NCBI GenBank assembly: GCA_030704615.1
Contig: CM060733.1
Span: forward strand, 70,804,001 to 70,868,000
Reading direction: 5' to 3'
Source: Takakia lepidozioides
Taxonomy: Eukaryota > Plantae > Bryophyta
DNA: 64,000 nt
The notes under the pieces were generated by a model that did no database searches, was not told where the DNA came from, and worked only from the letters and a program-made list of their open reading frames with translations. Numbering within the stretch: position 1 is the first letter of the stretch; each line of letters begins with the position of its first letter. This document shows positions 51,466 to 62,954 of the stretch, piece by piece. The position numbers were made by a program, and so were the translations under genes.

Positions 51466-52504
51466 GGAAATGCGGCACCGCATTTCCATGTCGGAACGGA
51501 AATGTGGCAACTGCAAAAACCTCGTTTGGAAATGCGACACCACATTTCCAAAACCGGGGCAAGAACAATATTCCGTTTCATGGTTTGGACATCAGAAACT
51601 GTTCGGCCGAACGGAAATGCGGTGCCGCATTTCCGTTTTCGACACGGCAGTTTTGCCGATTGCCAGCTCCTTCCATGGAGGTAAATGGAAATGCCACCCC
51701 GCATGCGGAGGTCGAACACGTTATTTAAATGGCGGACATGGAAATGCGGTGCCGCATTTCCATTTTGGAGATGGAAGTTTTTCCAACTCCACACCCATCG
51801 ACGGAACTGCGGCTCCGCATTCCATGATGCTGGACGGGAATGCGGCACCGCATTCCATTGTCCAATAAGAAATTTCGATGACGTACATGAAAATGTGGCG
51901 CCGCATTTCCAGAACGGACATCGTTGTTTGTCCAATTCCAGACCCTTGGACGGAAATGCGGCACCGCATTCCATTGTCCAATAAGAACTTTCGATTGCCA
52001 AACATGGAAATGCGGCGCCGCATTTCCAAAACAAACATCGTTGTTTGTCCAATTCCAGACCCTTGGACGGAAATGCGTGTGAGCATTCCGTCTTGCTGGA
52101 CAGAAATGCGGCACCGCATTCCATTGTCCAATACGAAATTTGATGACGGACATGGAAATGCGGTGCCGCATTTCCAGAACGGACATCATTGATTGTCCAA
52201 TTCCAGACCCTTCGACGGAAATGCGGCACCGCATTCCATTGTCCAATAAGAAAATTTGATGACGGACATTGAAATGCGGTGCCGCATTTCCAGAACGGAC
52301 ATGGACAAGCATTGGCGATTGGACATGCTTGGACAATTCAAGGTCCAATATGGAAATGCGGTGCCGCATTTCCAATTCGAAATATGGTAATGCCATGTCA
52401 AGAAATGTAATGCGGTACAACATTTCCGTTACGACCACAACGGAGGAAATGGAGCTGCCAGAAATCGCTGCATGGAGAAAAATGAATTGCGGTGCCGAAT
52501 TTCC
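51466..52504. repeat. Array of more than 15 palindromes GGAAATGCGG(C/T)(A/G)CCGCATT(T)CC
   Basis: Copies at 51466, 51528, 51613, 51740, 51836, 51889, 51952, 52006, 52102, 52154, 52216, 52270, 52352 and others; ~55-65-bp spacing. Confidence 0.93.
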
Positions 52505-52779
52505 GAGCTTCAGCATGTACATGTTTCTTTTTACTCATACATGGATTTCCTTCACCTCAGGACTCTGATATCGCTGACTCTGGTATATTCATGTGGACAG
52601 ACACATTGTAGAAATGAGACCACAAATTGTAAATAGTGGGCCAATTACGGCAGTTCTTGAACACAATGAAACAAAGCACATAGAAGTGAGGTACGATGGG
52701 TTGTTTTATTGATCGAACATGGTGTCTCACATTTAGCAACTCCAGACAAATCTAAGCCCTTCCGCCTTCTACATGGGCG

Positions 52780-53358
52780 TCACCAAGTCGACGGAACTTC
52801 GATAGCCCTCAAAACAAGCTCATTACTGATGCGGCACCTCAAGGTAAACTGCAATGCGGTCGTTCTGGTGCCCTTGGTGGAGCTGACGACAATGTCATGC
52901 CCATCAATGATACCACCATCATACATTGACAAGGTCACTGTGGGCCTCATGTGCCCGTGCGATTCGTCTTCGCAACTCAGCCGAATGTCTCCATACACTG
53001 GAAGAGCGGAGTGAACTCCACGAATATAGTTTTCCCCGGTGCCGTCCTCCCTGGTCCACTGGCAGCAGTTCCAGCGCCAAAGCGAGGCCGTGCGTGATCT
53101 GTCCGGCATCCCATTCCAGCTTGGTATATCGAGGTCAACAATTTTCAGGACCCACGGACCGCATTGACCCTCGCCCTCACCTCGCTCAAAGCGGTAATAG
53201 CCCTCCAAATACTCCATTGCGCGCAAAGACTCCCACTTGATTCCAGAAGCGTCAGTGAAAACAGAGAGCCAGACAATGATGTCTCTTGATTCTGGTTTGA
53301 ACATAGCATAATCGTGGCCATGATAAGGGCAGTCAGCAGGATTTCGGCGGCACGACAT
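52780..53358 (-). CDS. Hypothetical protein, 192 aa, intronless; paralog of 53656-54127
   Basis: Intact ATG-to-stop ORF; shares DCPY.G.DYAM, PW.L.I.D.D.PS, RWNCCQWT, YGDIR and DGG.I.GHDIVV with the divergent neighbour. Confidence 0.65.
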   Translation of the reverse strand: MSCRRNPADCPYHGHDYAMFKPESRDIIVWLSVFTDASGIKWESLRAMEYLEGYYRFERGEGEGQCGPWVLKIVDLDIPSWNGMPDRSRTASLWRWNCCQWTREDGTGENYIRGVHSALPVYGDIRLSCEDESHGHMRPTVTLSMYDGGIIDGHDIVVSSTKGTRTTALQFTLRCRISNELVLRAIEVPSTW

Positions 53359-53655
53359 CCTTGAAAAAGATTAGCGGAGTACGCTCAATGGCAGCAGCTC
53401 CCGGATGGAGGAGGCAGCAGCACGGTGGCTGGAAGAAGTTCAAGCAAACGCTGCAATTCCTCACAAACACTCCAGGGCACATTTAAATTTCCCGTTACAC
53501 GATGATTGGTGGGTACGTGGGACCCAGATGCTCCATTATTGGAGCCCGCACTGCTCTTCTGCTTCTCATCATTTCAAAAATCTAAGGGCTTCGTTGTTGT
53601 CCGCAAGGTCATTGTCATCGGCATCAAAGACGTCCTTAGGTCCTCCTTTGCAAGG

Positions 53656-54127
53656 ATGTCGTGCTTCCGGAACCGGAACGACTGCCCTTATGGAGGCTTC
53701 GATTATGCAATGTATTCGGCCACATCGGGAGACATCGTTATTGACGATCTTGGTCTGAGGAGTCCGTGGCTCCTGTGCATCCTTGATTCCGATTTTCCCA
53801 GCTACGACGGGCACCCATGCAGAAGAATGCGCACTTCCTATGCTGTTGCGGTGGAACTGCTGCCAGTGGACGTGGGTGGACTCCATCGGAGAGACGTATA
53901 CTCCTGAAGGAGTGCGCTCCTCTTCTCCATTGTATGGGGACATTCGCATTGGTGTGGACGATGAAAACGTGAAGCTTTCCATATTCGATGGTGGTATGAT
54001 TGAAGGGCACGACATTGTGGTGAACATCAACAGGGGCGGTACAACGGCTGCAATCCAGTTTACCTGGAGGAGCCCGATGACTCACGAGCTAGTTTTCAGA
54101 GCAGTCAAAGTCCCATTGACAACGTGA
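53656..54127 (+). pseudogene. Hypothetical protein paralog (~155 aa), one frameshift near 53840
   Basis: Same start context CAAGG-ATG-TCG-TGC and the same motif blocks as 52780-53358. Confidence 0.6.
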
Positions 54128-54361
54128 CTTGTATTCAGAAGGCACAGGGCTAAAGATTTGTTTGCACAATCAGCACAGTAGACGTGCTTCAAATGCAATT
54201 TATGTGGATCAATAAAAACCCCATTGTGCCCTCTTTTTGTTCTATTATGTATCCATCGTTCCCAGAATGCATCATTCCTCATTTCGTTTGTGTGGGTGGA
54301 TTTTGCAAGTGGCTAGTAGGTTGAAATGGGCTCCCATTGTACAGAGCACTACCACCCTACC

Positions 54362-55086
54362 TGTCGCGGCCCTTTGCCTTGAGGGCAGGGAGTCGGGACG
54401 CAGAGGGGCTGCCCCTGTGATGGGGGCGGTGGCAGCAATAGGTACGGGGGGCTGAAGCAACCTCGAGTGCCCAAGGCACTTGAGGAGGCGGAGGCACTCA
54501 CTAGGTGGAGCCCCGCACACCGGGTTGCGGTGGGGGTGGCTCCACAAGGGGTGGTGGTAGCTTAGTGGGACTTAGTGGGGGTGGCATAGGACTCACCATG
54601 GGGGCGAAGACCTTGTGGTGGGAGTCGTGGGGAGTCTTGGGACTCATCACGGTCCAAGGGGACCGTGGTGGGTGGGCCAAGACTCGCCGCGACTCATCAC
54701 CGGGAATCGACGGTTTTCGTGGTGGTTCGCCATAAAATGGTGGTGTTGTTTGTGAAACCCCCGTGGACAGTCACAGAAGTATATATAGGGAGTTGTAACC
54801 CCGAGAACGGTGCAAGCCCGTTGGTGTCCAAAAACTAGTGAGTAAGCGTGCGAGCCGGAAAGCGACCAAGGTGTGGGGAGCTATGCCGGACTGCCATCGA
54901 CCATAGGGAATTTCCACTAGGCCCAAATTGGGAGAGGGTCTTGTGGAGGAGTAAAGGGGGACCGTTATGCCCCGGTGAGCAGCCAAAGCTCCGAGTTGGC
55001 CCGGCGGCCAGTTTGGGAGTTAGGCGCGCATCAAGGAAGTAACTATTTGACTTGAAGAGGAGCTTACCGAAGTGAGGTGCGCGACA
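54362..55086 (+). repeat. 5' LTR of copy C
   Basis: TGTCGCGG...CGCGACA; diverged relative of the copy A LTRs. Confidence 0.93.
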
Positions 55087-55141
55087 CTTGGTATCAGAGC
55101 TTAGAGTTTAGTACGCGGTCGTCCTTGGGATCAGCCTCATC

Positions 55142-58100
55142 ATGGGGTCGGGCAAGCCAAAGCGAAAGCGGAACCGCCCGAAAGATGATGATCCTCGTGA
55201 GCCCGATGGGGGCGACGTGTCACCGAAGCGGCCATTCGAAGAAGCGATGCATGCCTTTGGAAGCGAGGCCGCTCAAGAACGGGAGGAATCTGAGGAGTCG
55301 GAGCCCGAGGAATCCCTTCCGACAGACCAACAGATGCCTCCCATGCAAGCAGCCTTTTGGGAAGGGTTGTTGGCGCAGTTTGGTGGGACGTTGAAAGACG
55401 TGTTGAAGGCGGCTAATGCCACTTCCACTAAGGCAAAGTTTAAGGTGAAGCCTAAGGAACCCGACACCTTCGAGGGCGTCCGAAATCGGAAGGCACTCAA
55501 CACCTGGCTCTTGGAGCTAGAGCAGTACTTCCGGGCGGCCAAGTTGAGTGACGAGGATCGGGTGGAAGTGGCTCCCACCTATTTGAGGGGCTATGCTCAA
55601 CAATGGTGGCAGAAACGCCTTCACGACCGAGGTCCAAACCCGGAGACCTTGAACTGGAGTGGGTTCAAGGAACTCATGAAGAGACAGATTGTGCCCCTCA
55701 ACGCGTCCTGGCTCGCCCGAGACAAGATGAGGAATTTGAAACAAACGGATGACATTCGGGGATATGTTCAGGCTTTCAATGTGCTGTTGCTCGAAGTCTG
55801 TTGCTCGAAGTCGCGGACATGGCAGAACGAGAAATGGTCTTCAACTTTGTGGCGGGACTGGCCCCATGGGCCAGACGAAAGCTGGCGGAGAAGCAACCTA
55901 AGACTTTGAACGAGGCAATTGAAAGGGCTGAATGTTTCTCGGATGTCCCTAGGGGTGAAAGACAAGGCCGTACGGAGCTGAACCACAAGAAGGTCCGGCG
56001 GGAAGGTGACTCCTTCCGACCGGAAAAGAAGTGGGATAGGCCACGCGGCAACAATGGCACATGGAAATCGAAGGGAGGGCCCTCACACGTCAAGACGACA
56101 CCTGGTGCCCTGAAAAGAAAACCAGGTGCGGCAGCTTATGGCGGACAGAAGGCGACCTTCAATGGAGTGTGTTTTAATTGCGGGGAGCCCGGGCACATGG
56201 CCAAGAAGTGTACGAATCCCCGACAATTGAACATGACTCGGGCAACCACGGAGTTATCCAAAGCCTCCATCAGCCGCTTGGTGGAGGCGGTGGTCGCCAA
56301 GACTTGCAAGGTAGGCAACTACTCTTGTGAGTTGTATCAGGAAACTGGCGCCTTACGTAAAGGGAGTCAGTTAATGTTTGTGGGTGGGATAATCTCCGGA
56401 ACTAATGTATCATTGTTGGTGGACACAGGAGCGTCGCACTCCTTCATGACACCGGCAACGGCACGGAAGCTGGGACTCCCGACAAGTGATGTGGGGGCCT
56501 CGATTGAGGTGCGTTCTGCTAAAGGAGAACCACAATTGGCGACGAGGTTGGCGTTCGATGTTCCTCTTCAGCTCGGGAGTTGGGAGGGACGTGAGAACTT
56601 CACCATTTGCGAGATCGATGGAGTGGATCTCATTTTGGGGATGACCTTTTTGAGCAGATCCGGAGCGGTCATAGATAGCCGCAAGAAAGTAGTCACGCTA
56701 CCATGTGGGAATGATAGCGAAGTTTTACGAGTGTCACAAACGCCCAACCCCGTGGGAGGGCGAATAAACCTTCTGTCAGCAAGGGAGTGGGCCGTGGAGG
56801 AGCCACACGAGCCCCAATTTTTGCTTTACGTAAGACAAGTGAAGGAAAAAGGCGATGGGGAGCCAAGCCCAGATTGGATCAAGGGGATTTTGGAGAAATA
56901 TTAGGATGTGATGCCGGAGGATTTACCAAGCGCCTTGCCACCGCGAAGAGGAGTTGACCATTAAATTGAGGTGATATCGGGATCGGAGCCGCCTGCCAAG
57001 GCACCCTACCAGTTGAGCCACAGAGAGTTGGTCAAGCTGAAGACTCAGCTCAAGGATCTAATGTCAAAGGGGTACATCCGGCCGAGTAAGTCACCTTACG
57101 GAGCCCCGGTGCTATTCGTAGACAAGAAGGATGGGACGCTGCGGATGTGTGTCGATTACAGGGCTCTGAATAAGGTGACTATCAAAAACCGATACCCTTT
57201 GCCAAGGATCGACGACCTCTTCGATCGGTTGGCAGGAGCGAAGTATTTCAGCCGGATCGATTTGCGCTCCGGATATCATCAAATTCGAGTGGCGGAAGGA
57301 GATGAGGAAAAGACCGCGTACAGGACAAGGTATGGTTCCTATTAGTTCTTGGTGATGCCTTTTGGGCTCACCATCGCACCCGCAACCTTTAGCACGCTAA
57401 TGAACAGCCTTTTCCAGGAGTGGTTGGATGACTTTGTGATCGTGTACATCGACGACATCTTGGTGTACTCGAAAACAAGGAAGAGCACCTGGAGCACCTC
57501 AAAAGGGTATTCCAGAAATTACGGGAAGAGAAGTTGTATGCCAAAGCTTCAAAGTGCGAATTCGGGGTCACAAAAGTGGAGTTCTTGGGGCATGTGATTA
57601 CACAGGATGGGATCAAAATGGATGACAGAAAGGTGAGAGCAATCTTGGACTGGGAGCCTCCGACTTCGGTCCAGAAGTGCGATCCTTCTTAAGACTTGCC
57701 TCCTATTACCGAAAGTATGTGAGAAATTTCGCCAAGATCGCGGGGCCGCTGTCAGACCTCCTGTGTAAATCCAAAGTCTGGGTATGGAACACCTTTTGTG
57801 GCCAAGCTTTTGCCAAGTTGAAGCAGCGGATGGCGGAAGCTCCAGTCCTGAAAATCCCGGAGTTCGATCGCCCATTTGAGATTCATTCGGATGCGTTGAA
57901 CTTCGCGAATGGAGGTGTACTCATGCAGGATGGACATCCAGTGGCTTACGAAAGTAAGAAACTAAATGAAGTGGAGCGGCGGTGGCCAACGCACGAGAAA
58001 GAAATGAAGGCGGTGGAGCATTGCTTTGAGCTTTGGCGCCACTATATTGGTTCCAACCCGGTGAAGGTGTTCACGGACAATGTCACGGTGAAGTATTTTG

Positions 58101-58888
58101 CCACGCAGCCTAAGTTGTCCCCAAAACAAATTAGGTGGCAAGACACTTTGGCTCTGTTCGACGTGGATATCCAGTACAAACCGGGACAGGACAATGTGGT
58201 GGCCGATGCTTTAAGTAGAAAGTAGCAGCTCATGATGGTGTACAGGGGCGAGATGGCGCTCCAAAGAAAGATCCGGAAGGCTTACCAGAAGGATGAGATG
58301 GCGAAGTCCGTGACGCGGGACTTGAGGATGGGGGTTAAATCACAGTTCCACTTGCAAAATGGACTGCTCCGGTATAAGCAAAAACGTCTCTATGTGCCGA
58401 TGGGAGGGATTAGAGATAGTCTCTTGAGAGAATGCCATGATGGCCCGCTTGCGAACCACGGCAGAGCCAAGCGCACCGCGGCACTCCTGAAGAAAGAGTA
58501 TTTCTGGCCCAAACTGAGGGAGGAGGCCGAGGAGTATGTCAAGACATGCACCACATGCCAACAAAGCCGGAGCGAGTACAAAAAGCAAGCGAGGTTGTTA
58601 CAACCCTTGCCGATTCCAGAGGGGTCTTGGGAAAGGGTCTCGATGGACTTCATGACTGCTATGCCGCTGTCAAAAGGATTCAACGCAATCATGCTGGTGG
58701 TGGATAGGTTCAGTAAAATGGGCCATTTCATCCCTACCAAGGAGACGGCAATGGCGCAGGAGACGGGGCGACTTTACTTCGCCCACGTCTTCAAGCATCA
58801 TGGACTTCCGAAGGATATTGTGTCGGACTGCGATCCAAAGTTTACTAGTAAATTTTGGAAGGTACTTTGGAAGAAAATGGGGACGAGG
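55142..58888 (+). pseudogene. gag-pol of copy C with stops and frameshifts
   Basis: CCHC knuckle, DTGASH, YIDD, RNase H, integrase N-half; 14-bp tandem duplication at ~55785-55812; TAG stops at 56902 and 58223. Confidence 0.9.
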
Positions 58889-59240
58889 CGATTTGATTTG
58901 GGGTAAGTACGTGGCCTGCTGTAGGGACGTCCGGGTGGCGAGTGTAGATTGGATGATGTGACTGGGCGGCAGGGGTGTGGGGGATACTGAGTGTGAGGAT
59001 GTGTATCTATGCGCAAGGAGACTAATCGATTGAGGCACTAGTGGGCATGTTCAGGAGTTTGGCCATCGACCGTGGTGAGTTTTGGGAAGCGCAGGGAGGT
59101 GTTGGTGGAGTGTGATTTGGAATGCGAGTTGGTATGTGAATTGGGCTTGGGGGCAGGGGCGATGCAATATATGAGATCTTTCCAAAAAAAAAAAAGGCGC
59201 AGATAAGCCTGTTGAATTGCATAGCGGATGTCAATGTGTC
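58889..59240 (-). mobile_element. Probable further fragment of the non-LTR element
   Basis: Same C/A-rich minus-strand bias and Pro/His/Thr-rich coding as 40003-41625; no diagnostic motif. Confidence 0.3.
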
Positions 59241-60186
59241 AAGTTATTTTACCACTAGTGTGAAACTAGCTAGGAAATAGTTAGTTTTGATATATTGACA
59301 TTTAGGATTGACCCAAGTGTCAATCCAGGGACCAATGTATGTTTGGGCACCTGGCGTGGTTATCTTCACGACAGATCGCGGTGGGCTCATCTTTCTCGAG
59401 TTGAGCCTCACCGCGTCTAGGTATGGCGCCGTAGTGTGGATTCCCCATGGCATGGGGTGCACTTGGCTCGACTTGTATTTGAGGGATGATTTTATATATG
59501 CATCAGTTTCTGTGAGCTCGTGTGAGCTTGTGTCCTTCTCATTTATCACTCGAGAAATATCAGCTGGGTGATTGCAGCCTACAGTGTCCATTTTTTGCTG
59601 TCACAACACTGTTTTTTTCAGACGTAGAATAGTGGTAAATTATCATACTCCTACATGACAATGCCATCAATAAAAAGGGACTCATATATAGAGGCTCATC
59701 TACATATACTTTCACACTTTTAAATCTCATTATCAAAAACCAGAATCTCTAGATGCTATGGACTTTTAAAAAGTCCATAAGGAATTGTCACAGTCCATGA
59801 AAAAAGATGTTATGGACTTTTTAATATAGGAGTTAGAACAAAGTCAAGAAAAAGGACTCTCTCAACCTTGCTTTGGAGAATGAGGAATCTGGAATGAAAA
59901 CTATCATTCAAAAATATGAAGTTAAAAAAAAATTATGTACTATATTGAGCCTCAAAAATAGCTATTTTTATAAAGTCCTTTATGACTAAATTCTTTTGAA
60001 ATAACAAAACTTTTTTCATTAGACGCATTCATTCACGATAATGCAGAGTTGATTATGATCAAATTTCAAAAAAACATTTGTGAATTGATATTATAGTAAT
60101 TTGAAAATCTTGGTTTTAACAGCCAATAATAGACGGTCAAGATTGTTAGTTGAAGCAAATCCGATGGTTGAGGATTCGCCACATCA

Positions 60187-61223
60187 TCCTTTATGTACTC
60201 TTTATGTACTCATGATCTGTCGTTTTTGGTCCACTCTAGTTTGCAATCACCCAGCTCAAGTCTGTGAGTGCCAGATTTGAGTTAGTTGATAGCTTTTGCG
60301 TGTCTTCAGATGAGAAGCGACTCAGTTTAGAGTGCAAGGATCCGTGCATGAGCCTATCCAAAGTGGATAGGGTGCAAAGGTGAATAGGTTGCAGGTTTGC
60401 AATGGATAGAGAGGCGGGCAGCATTTGGTGAAGAACGGTGTTGCATAGCTCAATGCTATGACAACCAAGTGTGGTGAATGTGGAGCTCGAGGATGCTACA
60501 TGTGGGTCGCAGCATGTTGGAGCTTCGGGCTGGAAGGACAGCAGCGAGGCACCCTAGAGCCAGGGGATGTGCAGTAGAACTGGAGGTACACAAAGGTTGT
60601 AAAGGTGGGTGATTTCAGATTCGTTTTTGTGAGCTTCACGAAGAAAAAGAGCTTTTTGGGCAGCGGATAGCTTGCTTGTTGAGTTGGGGGCGCTTCTAGT
60701 GGGCCGTGAGAGCTCAAGAGTGCAGGGCGACAGATTTGGTGGCTCCGCAGAAGCCATAGCTCGTCGACAGCAAGTGCAGAAGCAAACCCTAGCTCGTGGA
60801 AAGCTCGGGAACGCCCGAGAATACGTGGGAAGTTGTGGTAAGTTCCTGGGACGCAGGGGAACCGTGGTCGTGGCCGTGGTTGTGGCCGTGATGGGCTGTG
60901 GGGCCGGTACCACGAGCCCCAGCCGTGGCTGTTGACCGTGACCGTGGGGAGTCGTGGCGCGGACACCACGGGAGGGCACGGTGACCAGATCGTGGGAATG
61001 GCGGGCCGTGAAGGCTCATGGGCGTGATACCACGGGGTATCACGGTGCAGCCCATGGCGGGTGTGTGCCTAGGGCGGGCCGTGAGAAGGCGTGGCATTGA
61101 GGGCCACGAAAGGCCAAGAACAGACAGAGTGGAAAAATAAAATAAAATAAATAAATAAAAATTCTCGTGTCATGGGACCTCGATGGGGAGGCTGGGCTCT
61201 AAAGAACCCGCTAGTATTGCTAG
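60187..61223 (+). mobile_element. Possible non-autonomous Helitron
   Basis: 3' end: hairpin GGGCTCT-AA-AGAACCC (61194-61209), then CTAG (61220-61223) followed by T; candidate 5' end A|TC with TTTATGTAC repeats; internal CCGTGG/CCACGG repeats. Confidence 0.5.
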
Positions 61224-61283
61224 TGCTCGTACCGGCACTCTCCCCAGCAACTAGTGGCACCTCCGTGTTGACAAAGACGAGGT

Positions 61284-61640
61284 ATGCGGTTTAGGCCACC
61301 TTCACCTCCTGTGTCTTCTACGGAAGGTTCTGATTCAGATTCTGAATCAGGAGGACTCACACCGGCGGTGCAAGTTGTTATTGTGGGACCGCGTAGGTAC
61401 TCTGGGGCGGTGGGCACCATCGAGTTGGACGATTTCATCCAAGAGTTTGATAGTTGGTGTGACTTGCAGCAAATGCGCAATCCACAACTGTTTACGCCTT
61501 TCATGGCATGGAAGGGGCTGTTTCAGCACCTTGAGGGGCCCCCCATGGATGATTACCATGAGTTTAGGCAGGGACACGATGTTGAGATCGAGGAGTGAAG
61601 GATGTACTGGTCACCCGACTATGTCTCCATCACTAGAGGC
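61284..61640 (+). pseudogene. Retrotransposon gag N-terminal fragment
   Basis: PRRYSGAVGTIELDDFIQEFDSWC...LFQHLEGPP, a gag-like pattern; stop at 61596. Confidence 0.55.
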
Positions 61641-62164
61641 ACAAGGGCAATAGCCAACCGGCAGCTGCACCAGCAGCTTCCACAAGCAGCAGTGGGACTA
61701 GTGGTACTACCAAGGGGTGAGGACAGAGAAGTTGGGGGTGTCAGGAATATCTTCAGAGTCCATTGGGACCGTCGTGGAGGTGATGACAGTGCCAGGTGGG
61801 GAGGAGAAGAAATCTGTGGAGGCATCAGCAGGCCGGGGGGTTAGCTGCTGATCCTCAATGAGGGACCAGAGAATGCCAGTGGAGAGATCTTCAGAGTTGC
61901 GGAGAAACTGGAGGGGCGACTTGGAGTCAGTCCTCAATTTCGCTTGAACAATGTTTGTTTCAATAAGCATGGGGTCTTCAGGCCTCCGTTTCTTCTTTGA
62001 AGCAGGAGTTGCCGCTGATGAAGAAATGAGGTTTAGGGCCCAGTTTGGGTGCTCCAAGCCAGTGTTCGCTGGTGGTGGTTTCAGAGAAGTAGAACATACA
62101 TTTGAGTTGATCACCTTAGCTGAAGCATCCTGCATGGAGGGGGGAATTGCTATCAGTGGGGGCA

Positions 62165-62899
62165 TGTCGCGGCCCTTTGCCTTGAGGGCGGGGGGTCGGG
62201 ACACATGAGGTGCTGCCCCTGTGGTGGGGCAGCAACAGCGATAGGTATGGGGGCTGAAGCACCCTTGAGTGCCCTAAGCCCCTTGAGTGCCCAATCACTC
62301 AGGGAAGCGGAGGCGCTCACTAGTGGAGCCCCGCACACCGGGTTGCGTGGGGGGGCTCCACAAGGGGTGGTGGTAGCTTAGTGGACTTAGTGGGGTGGCA
62401 TAGGACTCACCATGGGGGCGGAGACCTCGTGGTGGGAGTCGTGGGGAGTCTTGGGACTCATCACGGTCCATAGGGGCCGTGGTGAGCGGGCCAAGACTCA
62501 CCGCGACTCACCACCGGGAATCGAGGGTCTCGTGGTGGTTCGCCATAAAATGGCATGGCTGGTTTGTGAAACCCCCGCGGACAGCTACAGACGTAATATA
62601 GGGAGTAGTAACCCCGAGAACGGTGCAGCCCGTTGGTGACCAAAAACTAGTGATAAGCGATGAGCCGGAATGCGACCAAAGAGTGGGGAGCTGTTCCGGA
62701 CTGCCATCTACCAAAGGGAATTCTCCTAGTCCCAATTAGGTGGAGGGTTTTAGAGGGAAGCGAAGGGGGGGACCGTTATGTCCCGGTGAGCAGCCGAAGC
62801 TCCAAGTTGGCCCGGCGGCCAGGTTGGGAGTCAGGCGCGCGCCATCAAAGCGAGTAACTATGACTTGAAGGGGAGCTTACCGAAGTGAGGTGCGCGACA
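62165..62899 (+). repeat. 5' LTR of copy D
   Basis: TGTCGCGG...CGCGACA, reverse complement of the copy A LTRs. Confidence 0.93.
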
Positions 62900-62954
62900 C
62901 TTGGTATCAGAGCTTAGAGTTCAGTACGCGATCGTCCTTGGGATTGGCCTCATC

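Larger units (their letters stand above)
54362..58888 (+). mobile_element. Chromovirus copy C, 3'-truncated within integrase
   Basis: 5' LTR 54362-55086, PBS 55089-55100, gag from 55142; homology to copy A stops at KKMGTR. Confidence 0.93.

Noticed and set aside
59244-59591. 115-aa ORF and nearby hairpin ATGGACTTTT-AAAAAGTCCAT (~59758-59778)
   Set aside because: No recognisable motif and no partner terminus.
61707-62164. Minus-strand Ser/Pro/Thr-rich ORF
   Set aside because: Low complexity, start supplied by the LTR; possibly TE-derived but cannot be assigned.
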